A stretch of 64,000 nucleotides of DNA from Ostreococcus lucimarinus. Taxonomy: Eukaryota. Under the pieces are notes generated by a model. It was not told the origin of the DNA, did no database searches, and saw nothing but the letters and a program-made list of their open reading frames with translations. Within the stretch, counting starts at the first letter, position 1, and each line of letters opens with the position of its first letter. This document shows positions 28,886-38,910 of this stretch, piece after piece. The translations under genes were made by a program, and so were the position numbers. The stretch lies in NCBI GenBank assembly GCA_000092065.1, contig CP000589.1; one strand, given 5' to 3'.

Positions 28886-28981
28886 GACGCGTCGCGATGT
28901 GAATCGCGATGCGAATCGACGCGACGCGACGCGACGGCAGAAGCGCGCGCGGTCGCGGCGTCGGTCGACGCGCGCGACGCG

Positions 28982-30157
28982 ATGGCGCACGTCTTCGTCG
29001 CGGGCGCGTTGGTCGGGTACGGCGTCGCGCGCGCGCGGCGTCGCGCGCGCGCCGGCGGCGACGACGCGGGCGATGTCGACGACGCCCCGCGCGCGACGAA
29101 AACCGACGACGACGCGCCGAAGAAGCGCCCGATCGTCGTCTACATGGACGGATGCTTCGACACGATGCACTACGGACACGCGAACGCGCTGCGACAGGCG
29201 CGGGCGTGCGGGGATAAGCTGCTGGTGGGGGTGGTGAACGACGCGGAGATTCGACGGTGCAAAGGACCGCCGGTGTGCGACGAACGAGAGCGCGTCGAGG
29301 CGGTGGAGGCGTGCAAATGGGTGGACGGTGTCATCACCGACGTGCCGTATGAAGTCACGGACGCGTTCACGGATGAGCTGTTCGCGAAGCACGAGGTGGA
29401 TTACGTGATACACGGCGACGACCCGTGCCTGTTGCCGGACGGCTCGGACGCGTACGCGTATCCGAAGCGGATCGGGAGGTACAAGGAGATAAAACGCACG
29501 GAGGGGGTGAGCACGACGGATATCGTTGGGAGATTGCTTCGAATGGGCGCGCGCGCGGCGGGTGAGGAGGTGAAGGAGGAAGAGGCGAAGGAGGCGACGT
29601 TTTGTACGACGTCGGCGCGCATCGCGCAGTTCGGGACGAACGCCGGCGTGCCGACGGATGCCAAGGTGGTGTACGTGCACGGCGCGTTCGATGTGTTTAA
29701 TCGTGGACATATTGATTTATTACGCCAGGCGAAGACTCGCGGTGATTTCGTGCTCGTCGGCGTGCACGCGGACGCGGAAGTGCGCGCGAGACGCGGCGCC
29801 GAACATCCGGTTTTGAACGAGAAGGAGCGCGCGTTGAGCGTCTTGGCGTGTAGATACGCCGACGAGGTCGTCATCGGTGCCCCGGCGATGATAACGAATG
29901 ACTTATTAACCACGTTCAACGTCAAGGTCGTCATCGCGGAGGATGACGAGCCGTACGCCGTCGGCGGCGTCGACGTCAACGCGCTCGCCGTCGAGCGCGG
30001 GTTGTACGAGCGCGTCCCTCGCCGACACGATTGCTCCGTGCTCGGCGTGGCGAAGCGCATCATGGAGAATCGCGCCGAGTTCGAGGCCAGAAACGCGCGA
30101 AAGACGAAATCCGAATCGGCGTATTACGCCGAGAAGAAGCACGTCGCCGAGTCTTGA
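28982..30157 (+). CDS. PCYT2: ethanolamine-phosphate cytidylyltransferase (PCYT2/ECT) with N-terminal membrane anchor
   Basis: Two tandem cytidylyltransferase domains, each with an HxGH motif (CFDTMHYGHANAL and AFDVFNRGHIDLL), plus RTEGVSTTDIV. The N-terminus has a hydrophobic helix (MAHVFVAGALVGYGV), as in plant ECT. Confidence 0.85.
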   Translation: MAHVFVAGALVGYGVARARRRARAGGDDAGDVDDAPRATKTDDDAPKKRPIVVYMDGCFDTMHYGHANALRQARACGDKLLVGVVNDAEIRRCKGPPVCDERERVEAVEACKWVDGVITDVPYEVTDAFTDELFAKHEVDYVIHGDDPCLLPDGSDAYAYPKRIGRYKEIKRTEGVSTTDIVGRLLRMGARAAGEEVKEEEAKEATFCTTSARIAQFGTNAGVPTDAKVVYVHGAFDVFNRGHIDLLRQAKTRGDFVLVGVHADAEVRARRGAEHPVLNEKERALSVLACRYADEVVIGAPAMITNDLLTTFNVKVVIAEDDEPYAVGGVDVNALAVERGLYERVPRRHDCSVLGVAKRIMENRAEFEARNARKTKSESAYYAEKKHVAES

Positions 30158-30295
30158 CACCCCCGCGGCGCGCGTTCGCCTCGCGCGCTCGACGTCTACA
30201 TTTAAACGATTGATTGATACGCTAAAATTACACGCATTCGACGATAAACTCACTCGCGCGCCACCCCCACCGTCGCCCTCCGCCTTCCTCGCGGC

Positions 30296-30664
30296 TCACG
30301 GAATCTGTCGATTATACGGTTGCGACCCCCCCAGCGCGGTTCGCTCCGCGCGCTCCGCCTTGACCCGCTCCACGATCGGCGTCAGGTAAAAATCAAACGG
30401 CGTCTGCGTCGCCTGCTCCTCCTTCGTCAGATACGAGTGTTTCATCGACAGATCGATCGCTCGCTTCAACCGCTGCGCGCGCATGTCCCGCTCCTCCGCC
30501 GTCAGCCGCTTCAGCGCCTCGCCGACGTCCAAGTCTTGGCCCTCGTCGAGCAGATCGTCGTATCGCAAGCCGTATTTCCGCAGTTCATCCCCCACCGTGC
30601 GTCGGTAGTTGACGGACATCGACTTGAGCATCGGTTCGAGCATCTTTCGCATCGCGCGCGACAT
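30296..30664 (-). CDS. QCR7: ubiquinol-cytochrome c reductase complex 14 kDa subunit (QCR7 / UQCRB)
   Basis: 122 aa from the ATG at 30664: ...NYRRTVGDELRKYGLRYDDLLDEG...KRLTAEERDMRAQRLKRAIDLSMKHSYLTKEEQ...FDFYLTP. The rest of the 224-aa ORF is upstream read-through. Confidence 0.8.
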   Translation of the reverse strand: MSRAMRKMLEPMLKSMSVNYRRTVGDELRKYGLRYDDLLDEGQDLDVGEALKRLTAEERDMRAQRLKRAIDLSMKHSYLTKEEQATQTPFDFYLTPIVERVKAERAERTALGGSQPYNRQIP

Positions 30665-30870
30665 GGCGCGCGTCGTCGTGTCGCGTCGCGTCGCCGGCGA
30701 TCGCGATCGCGGTCGAGTCTCGGTGTCGGTTCGAGTCACCACACGGATCATTACGTCGTTTGAGACTGTGTACCACACGGACGACGACCGCGCGACGCCG
30801 GACGCGACGCCGCGCGCGCCAGACGACGGCGCGCGGGCGACGGCGGCGCGCGAGGTCGCGCGCGCGCGCG

Positions 30871-33585
30871 ATGACGTCGTCGTCGATCGACGACGCGCTC
30901 GACGTGCGATATCGCTGCGTGGAGACGACGACGCGACGCGATGAAGATTCAAACGCGCGGGAAACGTCAACCGTCGCGACGCGCGATTTCGAACGCGCGC
31001 GCGCGCTGATGGCGCGCGTCGGACGACGAGGGGCGCGCGACGCGCGAACGATCGTCGAGGACGCGTCGACGGGAGATGGGCTCGCGCGGACGATCGCGGC
31101 GGCGGCGAAGCGAGGGATGGAGCGAGGCGAGGACTGCGCGACGATTTTCGCGCGAGGCGCGGGCGACGACGACGCGGACGCGGCGCGAGCGGTGCGGGAG
31201 ATGGGAGCGGTGGCGATGGTGGTGGATGCGATGGTGGAGTCGTGCGAGGGGATCGATCGGGGGAAGTGGGAGGTGAGCGCGACGTGCGTGGGGTGGTCGA
31301 CGAGGGAACGGGCGGGCGGCGGCGCGGTGGATTTGTTGGACGACGCGTCGGCGGGGGACGAGGGGGCGGGAGTCGGGCGAGGGATGACGGTGGTGCACGT
31401 GGAACGCGCGGAGGACGGAGTTGTGGCGTTTGAGAGCGCGATGGCGCGCGCGGATGAGGTGTTTCGCGAAGGTGCGTCGACGACGGGGCGGCACGCGGTG
31501 TTTACGTTACGCTTGAAGTTGTGGGCGGAGGCGACGACGGAGACGGATGACGAGAGCGGGCTCGCGAACGAGCCCACGGTGACGCGCGTGCACTTTGTGT
31601 TTTTGGCGCCGTACGTGCCGGCGCCGGGGGCGTTCGATGGGCGAGACAGTCGCTCGGTGGCGGCGCGCATCGAGTGCACAAAGTCGACGACGGCGATGAT
31701 GGCGGTGCTGCGCGGTTTGCGGCGAAATCAGGGGCAACGAGGGACGACATTTCGCAACTTGAACGCCTGGCGGGAATCACCCCTCACGCGTTTGATGTGG
31801 GCGAGCGGGATGTCGGAACTTCGAAGCGCCATGCTCATCGTTCTTTGCTCGGACGCGCTGCGATACGCCGTGGAGGGTGACGAAACGTCGCCTCTCGTGT
31901 TGGCACCCGGGACCGAGGGCGCGTTGAAATTCGCGTTACAACTCAAGGAACATTCGGATGATGGCGATCCCGCACCGAGAACGCGTGCGCCTCCGGTGCC
32001 CACGCCTACGAAGAATTCGAACGCGCGCGGTAGCGGTCGTGGAATGAAGACGTTGCGCGCGGAAGCGCCCCCGTCGACATCCGCGGCGGCGCGGCAAAGG
32101 CAACCGACAGCGGCACCGCCCGCGACGCAACCCAATCGCGCGTCGGACGTCGCTGCCTCAACAAACGGAAACATTACGAACGAACAGATCGACGCTATCG
32201 TGCGCGTCATCCGCACGCACTCGAGCGGGCTCGCGGGACGTCGTATGGAGAGCACGATTCGAAATTTGAGCGCCGAATGGACGCGAATGGCCAGCGCGCA
32301 CGAAACGATTCTCGAAGAGTTCTCCGTGCTCGAAGACCAACTTTTAGCTGCGCAAACTCGTGAAGACGAGGCGGTGCAATATGCCGAACAAGTCGCCGCT
32401 GATCTCGCGGTGACTTCGAGGTGGTGCGAGACGCTCGAAGCGGAGCAAGCGAGCGCAAAAGCGCTCGCGGAAAAGGCGGCGAAGGATGCGGCGCGAGTAG
32501 CTGAAACGCGTGCCGTGGAGTTGGAGAATCGCATCAAGGAATTAGAACTAGAGCTTTTGCGTAATTCTGTGCCGGAAATGGAGCGTACGCGAGATGAAGC
32601 GGAGAAAGCAGCGCGAGAGGCGCGCGAAAAGTATCAAGAAGCGCACGATCAACGCGAGAGCGCTTTGGAGGCGCTGGAGAACGAAACCGCCGCCAAGCGA
32701 GAGTTGATGGAGCAAGTCGCCACCTTACAGCGTCAATTGGAAGATGTGGAACGTGTCCGCGCGAACGATCGGGCGGAAATCGATCGTACTCGCGAAGAGC
32801 TACGTGCTCGATACCAAGCGGAGAAAGACTCGCAAGATCGCTTCGCCAAGGCACAGAGAGAACACGAATTGGAGCTGAAGACGGCGCGCGAAGCAGTCGC
32901 AGAACGCGAGGATCAGTTGATTAAAATGCGTCGTGATCGCGACGACGTGCTGCACAAGCTACATCTCAAAGAAGAGGAAGTCGTCGAGGCGCGAGCAAAC
33001 ATGCGCGCGAGTTTATTAAACGTCGAGGCGCTGCAGACGGCGACAAATGAAGCCAAAGAGACGCGGCAAGCTTCAAACAAGGAACTCGAAGACCTCAGGT
33101 TATGCAACTCCGACTTGCTCGTTCAAGTCAAGCACGCAAAGCGAGAGCTCGAAGACACATCGGTGGCCCTGAACAAACTGACAGAGAAATTACAAGACCT
33201 CGAGGACGGATCGGAGAGTGCGATTCGCAAACGCCGAGAAGCTGAGGATGAGATTCACGATCTCAAGCACTCCATAATCGATCTCGAAGCCAAGAACAAG
33301 GCACTTGAAATGGACCGCGAGGTGGCTTATCAAGCCGCCGACGTGGCGCGCACGGAGAACGCGAAGGTTTCGGCGTCTGTTTTGGATCTGACTGAGGAAG
33401 TCGCGCGACTCAAATCCGCCCTCGTTGCGGCTCAAGATTCCACGCGCGCGCTTCTCGATGAAGAAGCCGCGCGGTTACAACGACTCGCGCCAACGGTTCA
33501 AGATAGCGATTACGTCAGTCCGGCGTGGTTACATGATAATAGCTGGCAGCAGCCGAGCGTAACGCTTGTATCGTCGTCCTCGTAG
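30871..33585 (+). CDS. kinesin-like protein with a degenerate (predicted ATPase-dead) motor domain plus about 550-aa coiled-coil tail
   Basis: The N-terminal 330 aa keep the kinesin motor scaffold, but every catalytic motif is changed. The P-loop TIFAYGQTGSGKT becomes TIFARGAGDDDAD. Switch I SSRSH becomes TTGRHAVFTLRL. Switch II LVDLAGSE becomes VFLAPYVP. The neck-proximal LTRLM...MLIVLCSDALRYA is retained. A long ELK/R coiled coil follows. Confidence 0.55.
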   Translation: MTSSSIDDALDVRYRCVETTTRRDEDSNARETSTVATRDFERARALMARVGRRGARDARTIVEDASTGDGLARTIAAAAKRGMERGEDCATIFARGAGDDDADAARAVREMGAVAMVVDAMVESCEGIDRGKWEVSATCVGWSTRERAGGGAVDLLDDASAGDEGAGVGRGMTVVHVERAEDGVVAFESAMARADEVFREGASTTGRHAVFTLRLKLWAEATTETDDESGLANEPTVTRVHFVFLAPYVPAPGAFDGRDSRSVAARIECTKSTTAMMAVLRGLRRNQGQRGTTFRNLNAWRESPLTRLMWASGMSELRSAMLIVLCSDALRYAVEGDETSPLVLAPGTEGALKFALQLKEHSDDGDPAPRTRAPPVPTPTKNSNARGSGRGMKTLRAEAPPSTSAAARQRQPTAAPPATQPNRASDVAASTNGNITNEQIDAIVRVIRTHSSGLAGRRMESTIRNLSAEWTRMASAHETILEEFSVLEDQLLAAQTREDEAVQYAEQVAADLAVTSRWCETLEAEQASAKALAEKAAKDAARVAETRAVELENRIKELELELLRNSVPEMERTRDEAEKAAREAREKYQEAHDQRESALEALENETAAKRELMEQVATLQRQLEDVERVRANDRAEIDRTREELRARYQAEKDSQDRFAKAQREHELELKTAREAVAEREDQLIKMRRDRDDVLHKLHLKEEEVVEARANMRASLLNVEALQTATNEAKETRQASNKELEDLRLCNSDLLVQVKHAKRELEDTSVALNKLTEKLQDLEDGSESAIRKRREAEDEIHDLKHSIIDLEAKNKALEMDREVAYQAADVARTENAKVSASVLDLTEEVARLKSALVAAQDSTRALLDEEAARLQRLAPTVQDSDYVSPAWLHDNSWQQPSVTLVSSSS

Positions 33586-33738
33586 GCTCGTAGGCGCGTT
33601 TGTAAAGATTTGAACCGTCACCGAGACAGAGACAGAGACGACACGAGACGACGCGGTGCGCACAGTGACGCGCGTGACGAAACAGCGCGTCAACCTTCCG
33701 AGAGACATAACGAATAGTCCGATACTCGAGCGCGCGAG

Positions 33739-36222
33739 ATGTCGTCACGCGGTGGGCGTCAAGACACCGCGAGGGAAGCGCACGTGGAGGACGTTGCGCG
33801 AGTTTTCTCGAGCGCTTACGCAGGGAAAAACACAGTTGGCTTTTGCACGTTCGATCGAGACGCGAACGCGTTCTCGTTGGCGCAGGCGATCGTGAGAGAT
33901 GATGACGAGGATGTGCTGAAGCTATTCTTTCGTACGAGTGGTGCGGACGTCGTGTATTGTTCGAGTGAGTTCAAAGCCGCAATCGAGAAGATGAGCGACG
34001 CGCGCGCGACTACGATTGTGGGAATGCCACGAAGGGAGTTTGGAAACTCAATCGACGCCATGGAAAAGCTACGCGACGTTGGGAAGTTTGAGAGTCGCGG
34101 AGATTTGGCTTCGGTGATAGAGTTGCACGACAACGAAGACGCGGTCATCGCCGCGGGCGGTCTGATCGGCGCCTTGCGGCGAAACGAAGGTCTGAACTTG
34201 CAATTGAAGACGTTCCCGGCAAACGTACAAGAGTTCAACGTCGCAAACTACCTCAGCATTGATATCGAATCGCTATGCGCGATTGGCGTGTTCGTTCCGG
34301 AAGAGTTCCGCGAAAATCAGTTCACAAAAGACATGTTTCAAATCTTTCGTGAAGCCTGCGGAACGTCGAGCGGAAGGAAGCTTCTCGAGCTTTGGTTCAA
34401 GCGCCCAATCTTGAACATGGACGTGTTGCAAGAGCGCCGCGACGCGGTTGAGCATTTCGTCAAGTCTGGATGCCTGAACGCATTGCGCAAACGCATGACG
34501 CCCACGATCGACGCGCATCGTCTACTGTCCGCGATGTCATCCAATGACGCACGAGTGGTGCTACAAACGAAGAGCGACTGGACAAAAATCACAAAATACC
34601 TCGGCGCAGTCTCGTCTTTGTACGATTTCTGCGTAGACGCGTATTTTGATGAAGGTTTGAACGAGCCATCAGCCACTACACCGACCGCAATACGAGACTT
34701 CATGGCCTGTGTGATGTATCGCTTGCCCAAGCTCCGAGCAATCGTCGATCGCGTCATATGCGTAGAAGAGATTTACCCCTTGACTGAACACGAATCTGCG
34801 GTGTATACGTCGTACGTGCGCTCGGGCGTGTGTCAAGAGCTAGACGAATTACGATCGGTGTATCATGGACTGCCGGACCTACTGAAACATGTGCTGGACG
34901 CCGAGCTAACAAAGGTGCCAAACTTTCTTAGGCGCGCGAACGACGTCTGTGAGAAACTAGCAATCTGCTACCTCCCGCAAACGGGTTACCTGTTGAAGAT
35001 CGACGATGAAACCGTGCCCGACGCACTATTGGAAGAAATGGATTGGAAGTACGTGTTCGGCGACGCTACGACAAGCTATTACGAGTTTGCCGCCGGATTA
35101 TGCCTAGCGAACGAGCTCGGCGATGTGTTGCATTCCATCGTCGACTTGCAAGAATCCATATTGCGAGAGCTTCGAGAGGAAATTCTGGCACACGCATCGT
35201 TGATGCGCGATATCTCACGATGCGTGAGCGAAATCGACGTTCTACTAGCATTCGCGGACATTGCCGTCAATTACAACATGTGTCGGCCGACCCTGCGCGA
35301 CGACGACGCGTTCGAAGTCGCCGGCGCGAGGCACCCACTCTACGAATCCTTCATCGAAGGGGAATTCATTGGCAACGACGTTCACATGCCGACAGATCGC
35401 GACCGCGTCATCGTCCTTACCGGGCCTAATGGCAGTGGTAAGACTGTGATGATGCAAACGATTGGTCTTATCACGTATCTGGCGCACTGCGGATCGTTCG
35501 TTCCAGCCACTCGCGCCGTCATCGGCTTGACGGATCGCATATATACAGCGATGACTGCGCTCCGCGAAGATGCCGAGCGCAAGACAAGAGTCCCTGAGAG
35601 TGGTTTCACATACGCGCTGCATCAGGTGGCGCGCATGATTAACAACGCGACTAGACGTTCTTTATGTCTGCTGGATGAGTTCGGCATCCAGACCCAATCC
35701 ACCGACGGCGCGGCGCTCTTAGCCGCCATCGTCGAACATTTCGGGAAGCGAAAGCATCCACCGCGTGTACTCTTCACGACACACTTTCGCGAGGTGTGTG
35801 ATCCCACGATCGTCGGCCCGATCCCACACATGGTCGCACACTGGTGCATGCGCGCCATGGTAAATCCATCGGCCACCGACGATGACGACGTGCACGAAGT
35901 CGAGATGCTCTTCAAACTCGAACGCGGCGTCGCCGATTCCAGCTTCGCGCTTAGTGCGTGCAAGCGCGTCGGTTTTCCCGACGAATTCATGGACCGCTTG
36001 AAATACATCATTCAGCGCGAAAAACGCGCGCGGGCGGGCGAAGACGTTCCTCCGCTCGATCCTTGGGCCGACCCCAAACAGGACGCCAAGCAAGAGGTTT
36101 ACAAAGCCATCTGGGAGCGCTTCGAGCGCGCTCGAGCCGACCCCACCGACGCGGCGATGGAAGATTTCTTGGCCTTTTTCGACTCGCTCGCGCTCGACAA
36201 ATACGGCGTGCCCATCGTTTGA
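33739..36222 (+). CDS. MSH5: MutS homolog 5 (meiosis-specific MSH5-type; no mismatch-binding domain I)
   Basis: Walker A TGPNGSGKT, MutS signature LLDEFGIQTQSTDG (compare human MSH5 IDEFGKGTNTVDG) and the TTHF motif. Length 827 aa and absence of the N-terminal mismatch-recognition domain fit MSH5. Confidence 0.78.
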   Translation: MSSRGGRQDTAREAHVEDVARVFSSAYAGKNTVGFCTFDRDANAFSLAQAIVRDDDEDVLKLFFRTSGADVVYCSSEFKAAIEKMSDARATTIVGMPRREFGNSIDAMEKLRDVGKFESRGDLASVIELHDNEDAVIAAGGLIGALRRNEGLNLQLKTFPANVQEFNVANYLSIDIESLCAIGVFVPEEFRENQFTKDMFQIFREACGTSSGRKLLELWFKRPILNMDVLQERRDAVEHFVKSGCLNALRKRMTPTIDAHRLLSAMSSNDARVVLQTKSDWTKITKYLGAVSSLYDFCVDAYFDEGLNEPSATTPTAIRDFMACVMYRLPKLRAIVDRVICVEEIYPLTEHESAVYTSYVRSGVCQELDELRSVYHGLPDLLKHVLDAELTKVPNFLRRANDVCEKLAICYLPQTGYLLKIDDETVPDALLEEMDWKYVFGDATTSYYEFAAGLCLANELGDVLHSIVDLQESILRELREEILAHASLMRDISRCVSEIDVLLAFADIAVNYNMCRPTLRDDDAFEVAGARHPLYESFIEGEFIGNDVHMPTDRDRVIVLTGPNGSGKTVMMQTIGLITYLAHCGSFVPATRAVIGLTDRIYTAMTALREDAERKTRVPESGFTYALHQVARMINNATRRSLCLLDEFGIQTQSTDGAALLAAIVEHFGKRKHPPRVLFTTHFREVCDPTIVGPIPHMVAHWCMRAMVNPSATDDDDVHEVEMLFKLERGVADSSFALSACKRVGFPDEFMDRLKYIIQREKRARAGEDVPPLDPWADPKQDAKQEVYKAIWERFERARADPTDAAMEDFLAFFDSLALDKYGVPIV

Positions 36223-36372
36223 CGACGCGTCGCGGATTAGAAACGTTGAAATGAAACTCGCGACGCGCGCTCGGCGACTGTAAAGCTCACCGCGCTGGAG
36301 GATCGCACAATTTCGTCAAACGAGCGCGCGCACGCGCGCCACGCGACCCACGAACGCGCGAAGCCCGCAAAT

Positions 36373-37182
36373 ATGATGCTCGTGAACACCAGCGCCTTCG
36401 CCGTCCCTCGTCTGGCGCGCGCGGCGCGTCGGTCGTCGACGAACGCGCGCGATGCGACGCGTGTGACGATTCCTCGCGCGCGCGGTGAATTCAGCGCGGC
36501 GACGACGAAACGCGGCGCTGTGAGGCAGACGATCTCGAGTCGGGCCGCGGTTAAGGCGCGCGCGGCGTCGAGCGAGGACGACGCGGTTGATAAGAAGGAG
36601 GGAAGCGATGAGGCGGTGGCGAACATTTCGCGAAAGGTGGCGCGAACGGCGCGCGCGTGCAAATCCCTCGGACGCTGGTCGTTTTGGTCCCAGCTCGTGC
36701 TGACCACTGTCGCGGCGGTGATCGTGGTGTTTTCGTTTCTGTACAAGGGTTTGACCAAGAGCACGGATGCTGGGTTGTATTTTATCCTGTTCGGCTTGGT
36801 CGCGGGGTACTTTACGACAGTTTGGTCGCTGGGCGTCGTGCGATTGGGCGATAAGCTTCGCAAGGGGTCGAAGGATCTGGATTTAGTGCCTCCGCGCACG
36901 GATGTCATTCGAACTCTCAGCACAGGGCTCACGGTGAACGTCATCGGACTCGGGGCGACCATCGTCGGGTTGCAAGCCACGACGGGGATGTTGTTCGCCA
37001 AGACGCTCACGGCGGCGGCGCAAATGCCCATGTACGGTGCTCCAGTCGTCGGCACGGGCGTGGCGTTGGACATTTTCTTGGTGCAAGCTGCGTCGAACGC
37101 CATGCTCGGGCACTGGTTCGGCTTGGCGACAAGCTTGTGGCTTCTCCGTACGGTTAACTTGCCTTCGCCGCCGCCGAAGTAG
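36373..37182 (+). CDS. TIC21: TIC21 / PIC1 chloroplast inner-envelope membrane protein (DUF3611)
   Basis: Near-collinear match to Arabidopsis TIC21/PIC1: LGRWSFWSQLVLTTVAAVIVVFS, VWSLGVVRLGDKLRK, NVIGLGATIVGLQATTGMLFAKTLT and DIFLVQAASNAMLGHWFGLATSLWLLRTV. The N-terminal part is transit-peptide-like. Confidence 0.8.
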   Translation: MMLVNTSAFAVPRLARAARRSSTNARDATRVTIPRARGEFSAATTKRGAVRQTISSRAAVKARAASSEDDAVDKKEGSDEAVANISRKVARTARACKSLGRWSFWSQLVLTTVAAVIVVFSFLYKGLTKSTDAGLYFILFGLVAGYFTTVWSLGVVRLGDKLRKGSKDLDLVPPRTDVIRTLSTGLTVNVIGLGATIVGLQATTGMLFAKTLTAAAQMPMYGAPVVGTGVALDIFLVQAASNAMLGHWFGLATSLWLLRTVNLPSPPPK

Positions 37183-37194
37183 TTTGCCTCCTTT

Positions 37195-37199
37195 TGTAA
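37195..37199 (+). promoter_or_regulatory. TGTAA candidate polyadenylation signal after TIC21
   Basis: TGTAA is 13 nt after the stop, in the AT-richer 117-bp convergent gap. Confidence 0.35.
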
Positions 37200-37299
37200 T
37201 AAGAATACTCAAGCCAGCTTTTTATCATGAAGTGCTGGATGTGTGATTAAACGGTCAAATAATTCGCGCGCGCGCGTGCTAGATGATTAGTAGAAATGT

Positions 37300-38784
37300 T
37301 TAGAATTGTAGCCAAGGGTGCTCGAGCATTTGCTCGGCGCTCGCTCTCTTCGATGGATTGAAATCGAGCATGGGCGAGAGAAAGTCGCTCAACTCCTTCG
37401 AGTCTGTTTCACTCATGTTGTACTTCTCCATCAACACCCGTTCGCACGGCCAAAACTTGAGCGAGCGGATGTGTCGAAGTTCACCATTACGGTTGAAGAA
37501 CTCTTTGCTGTATTTGCCCGATAACGCAAGATGTTTGGGCATGCGTCCGATGAGCTCCATCATGAGCGCCAGGTGGTCCTCGTCGCGATCGTAGTCCTTC
37601 CCACTTCTGGGGTCGAACAACACGTCCCCGGTGGCGAGCTCGAAAACGATGCACGCGAGACTCCATATATCAGCGCTCGTGTCATACTTCGCACCGAGGA
37701 TGACCTCGGGCGAGCGATATTGTCTCGTCTGAATGTCTTGCGTGAACTGGCGATCGACCCAGCACGCGTTACCCAAATCACAAATTTTCGCGTCAAGATT
37801 CTTCAGCGTGTTGTACGGAAGTAAGTCAACGCAGTCACCGTCGTCGTCATCATCGTCATCGTCGTTGTCGTCGTCGTCGTCGCTCTCTTCTTCCGTATCG
37901 TCTTTGTCCTCTTCCATTTCGTCCGCGCGCTCGCCAGTCTCCGCGCTTCCGTTCGTCGCCGCCTTCTTCCTGAGCTTCTTCTTCAGTTTCTTCTTTTGAT
38001 TCTTCGTCAGTTCCGCCGTTGAATCACCGTTCGCTCCCGCGCCAACGTCCAAGGCCTCAATCTGGGATTCAATCGTCGGCTTCGCTTCGTCCTCGGTCGC
38101 CTTTTTCTTGCTCGACTTGCCGCGTTTCTTCCTCCTTCGCTTCTTCTCCGGAAGCTTGAAAGTCAAGAGCACGTTCTCGGGCTTCAAATCGGTGTGAATT
38201 ATATTCTTCTTTCCGTGCAAATACCTCAATCCCTTCAACATCGCCCTCGTCAGCGCCTTCACTCCCAACAACGGCACCCCCAAGTACTCGTACCGCTTGA
38301 TCAGCGTCAACAAGTTATCCCCCAACACGTCGAACACCATGCACACGTGCGTCCCATTCGGTCCTTCGTGCGTGAAACTATCGTACAAGCACACAACATT
38401 CGTCGCTTCGTCGCCGTCTCCCGTGTCTCCCTCCTTCACTTGTTTCAATATCTCAATCTCGTCCCGCGCCGCCTCGGTGTAACTCCCGCTGCTCTTCTGA
38501 ATTTTCAGCGCTCGCAGCGTCTTCACCGCGCCGTCTTCGCCCGACGCGCCGCGCGCGCGCGCGTCCTCGACGAGCCAACACGTGGAGAAGTGTCCCCAGC
38601 CCAGCTTTTTCACGACGACGTAGCGGTCGTCGTTGTATCGCTCGCCGATCGACACGGGATGGTAGCCGCCGCGCTTGTACCCGTCGGTGCCTTCGTCCTC
38701 GTCGGACGACGACGCCGAGCGCGAGTCGACGTCGTCGACGTCGCGCGCGTCGCTCGAGGACGTGTCGCTCGACGATCGCGTCAT
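37300..38784 (-). CDS. SRPK: SR-protein-specific kinase (SRPK family Ser/Thr kinase) with acidic/basic spacer insert
   Basis: LGWGHFSTCWL, VALKIQKS, HTDLKPENVLL, an about 100-aa K/E/D-rich spacer between subdomains VIb and VII (poly-Asp from the (GTC)n run at 37836-37880), then ICDLGNACW and YRSPEVILG. Confidence 0.85.
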   Translation of the reverse strand: MTRSSSDTSSSDARDVDDVDSRSASSSDEDEGTDGYKRGGYHPVSIGERYNDDRYVVVKKLGWGHFSTCWLVEDARARGASGEDGAVKTLRALKIQKSSGSYTEAARDEIEILKQVKEGDTGDGDEATNVVCLYDSFTHEGPNGTHVCMVFDVLGDNLLTLIKRYEYLGVPLLGVKALTRAMLKGLRYLHGKKNIIHTDLKPENVLLTFKLPEKKRRRKKRGKSSKKKATEDEAKPTIESQIEALDVGAGANGDSTAELTKNQKKKLKKKLRKKAATNGSAETGERADEMEEDKDDTEEESDDDDDNDDDDDDDDGDCVDLLPYNTLKNLDAKICDLGNACWVDRQFTQDIQTRQYRSPEVILGAKYDTSADIWSLACIVFELATGDVLFDPRSGKDYDRDEDHLALMMELIGRMPKHLALSGKYSKEFFNRNGELRHIRSLKFWPCERVLMEKYNMSETDSKELSDFLSPMLDFNPSKRASAEQMLEHPWLQF

Positions 38785-38910
38785 CGCGCGCGACGAACTG
38801 CGACACGAGAGTGGGAATCAAATCAAGATGCGAATCGGCGAGCGGCGAACCGGCGACGCGACGCGAGACGACGCGCCGACGCGCCGACGCGACGACGCGT
38901 CTCGCGGCGC

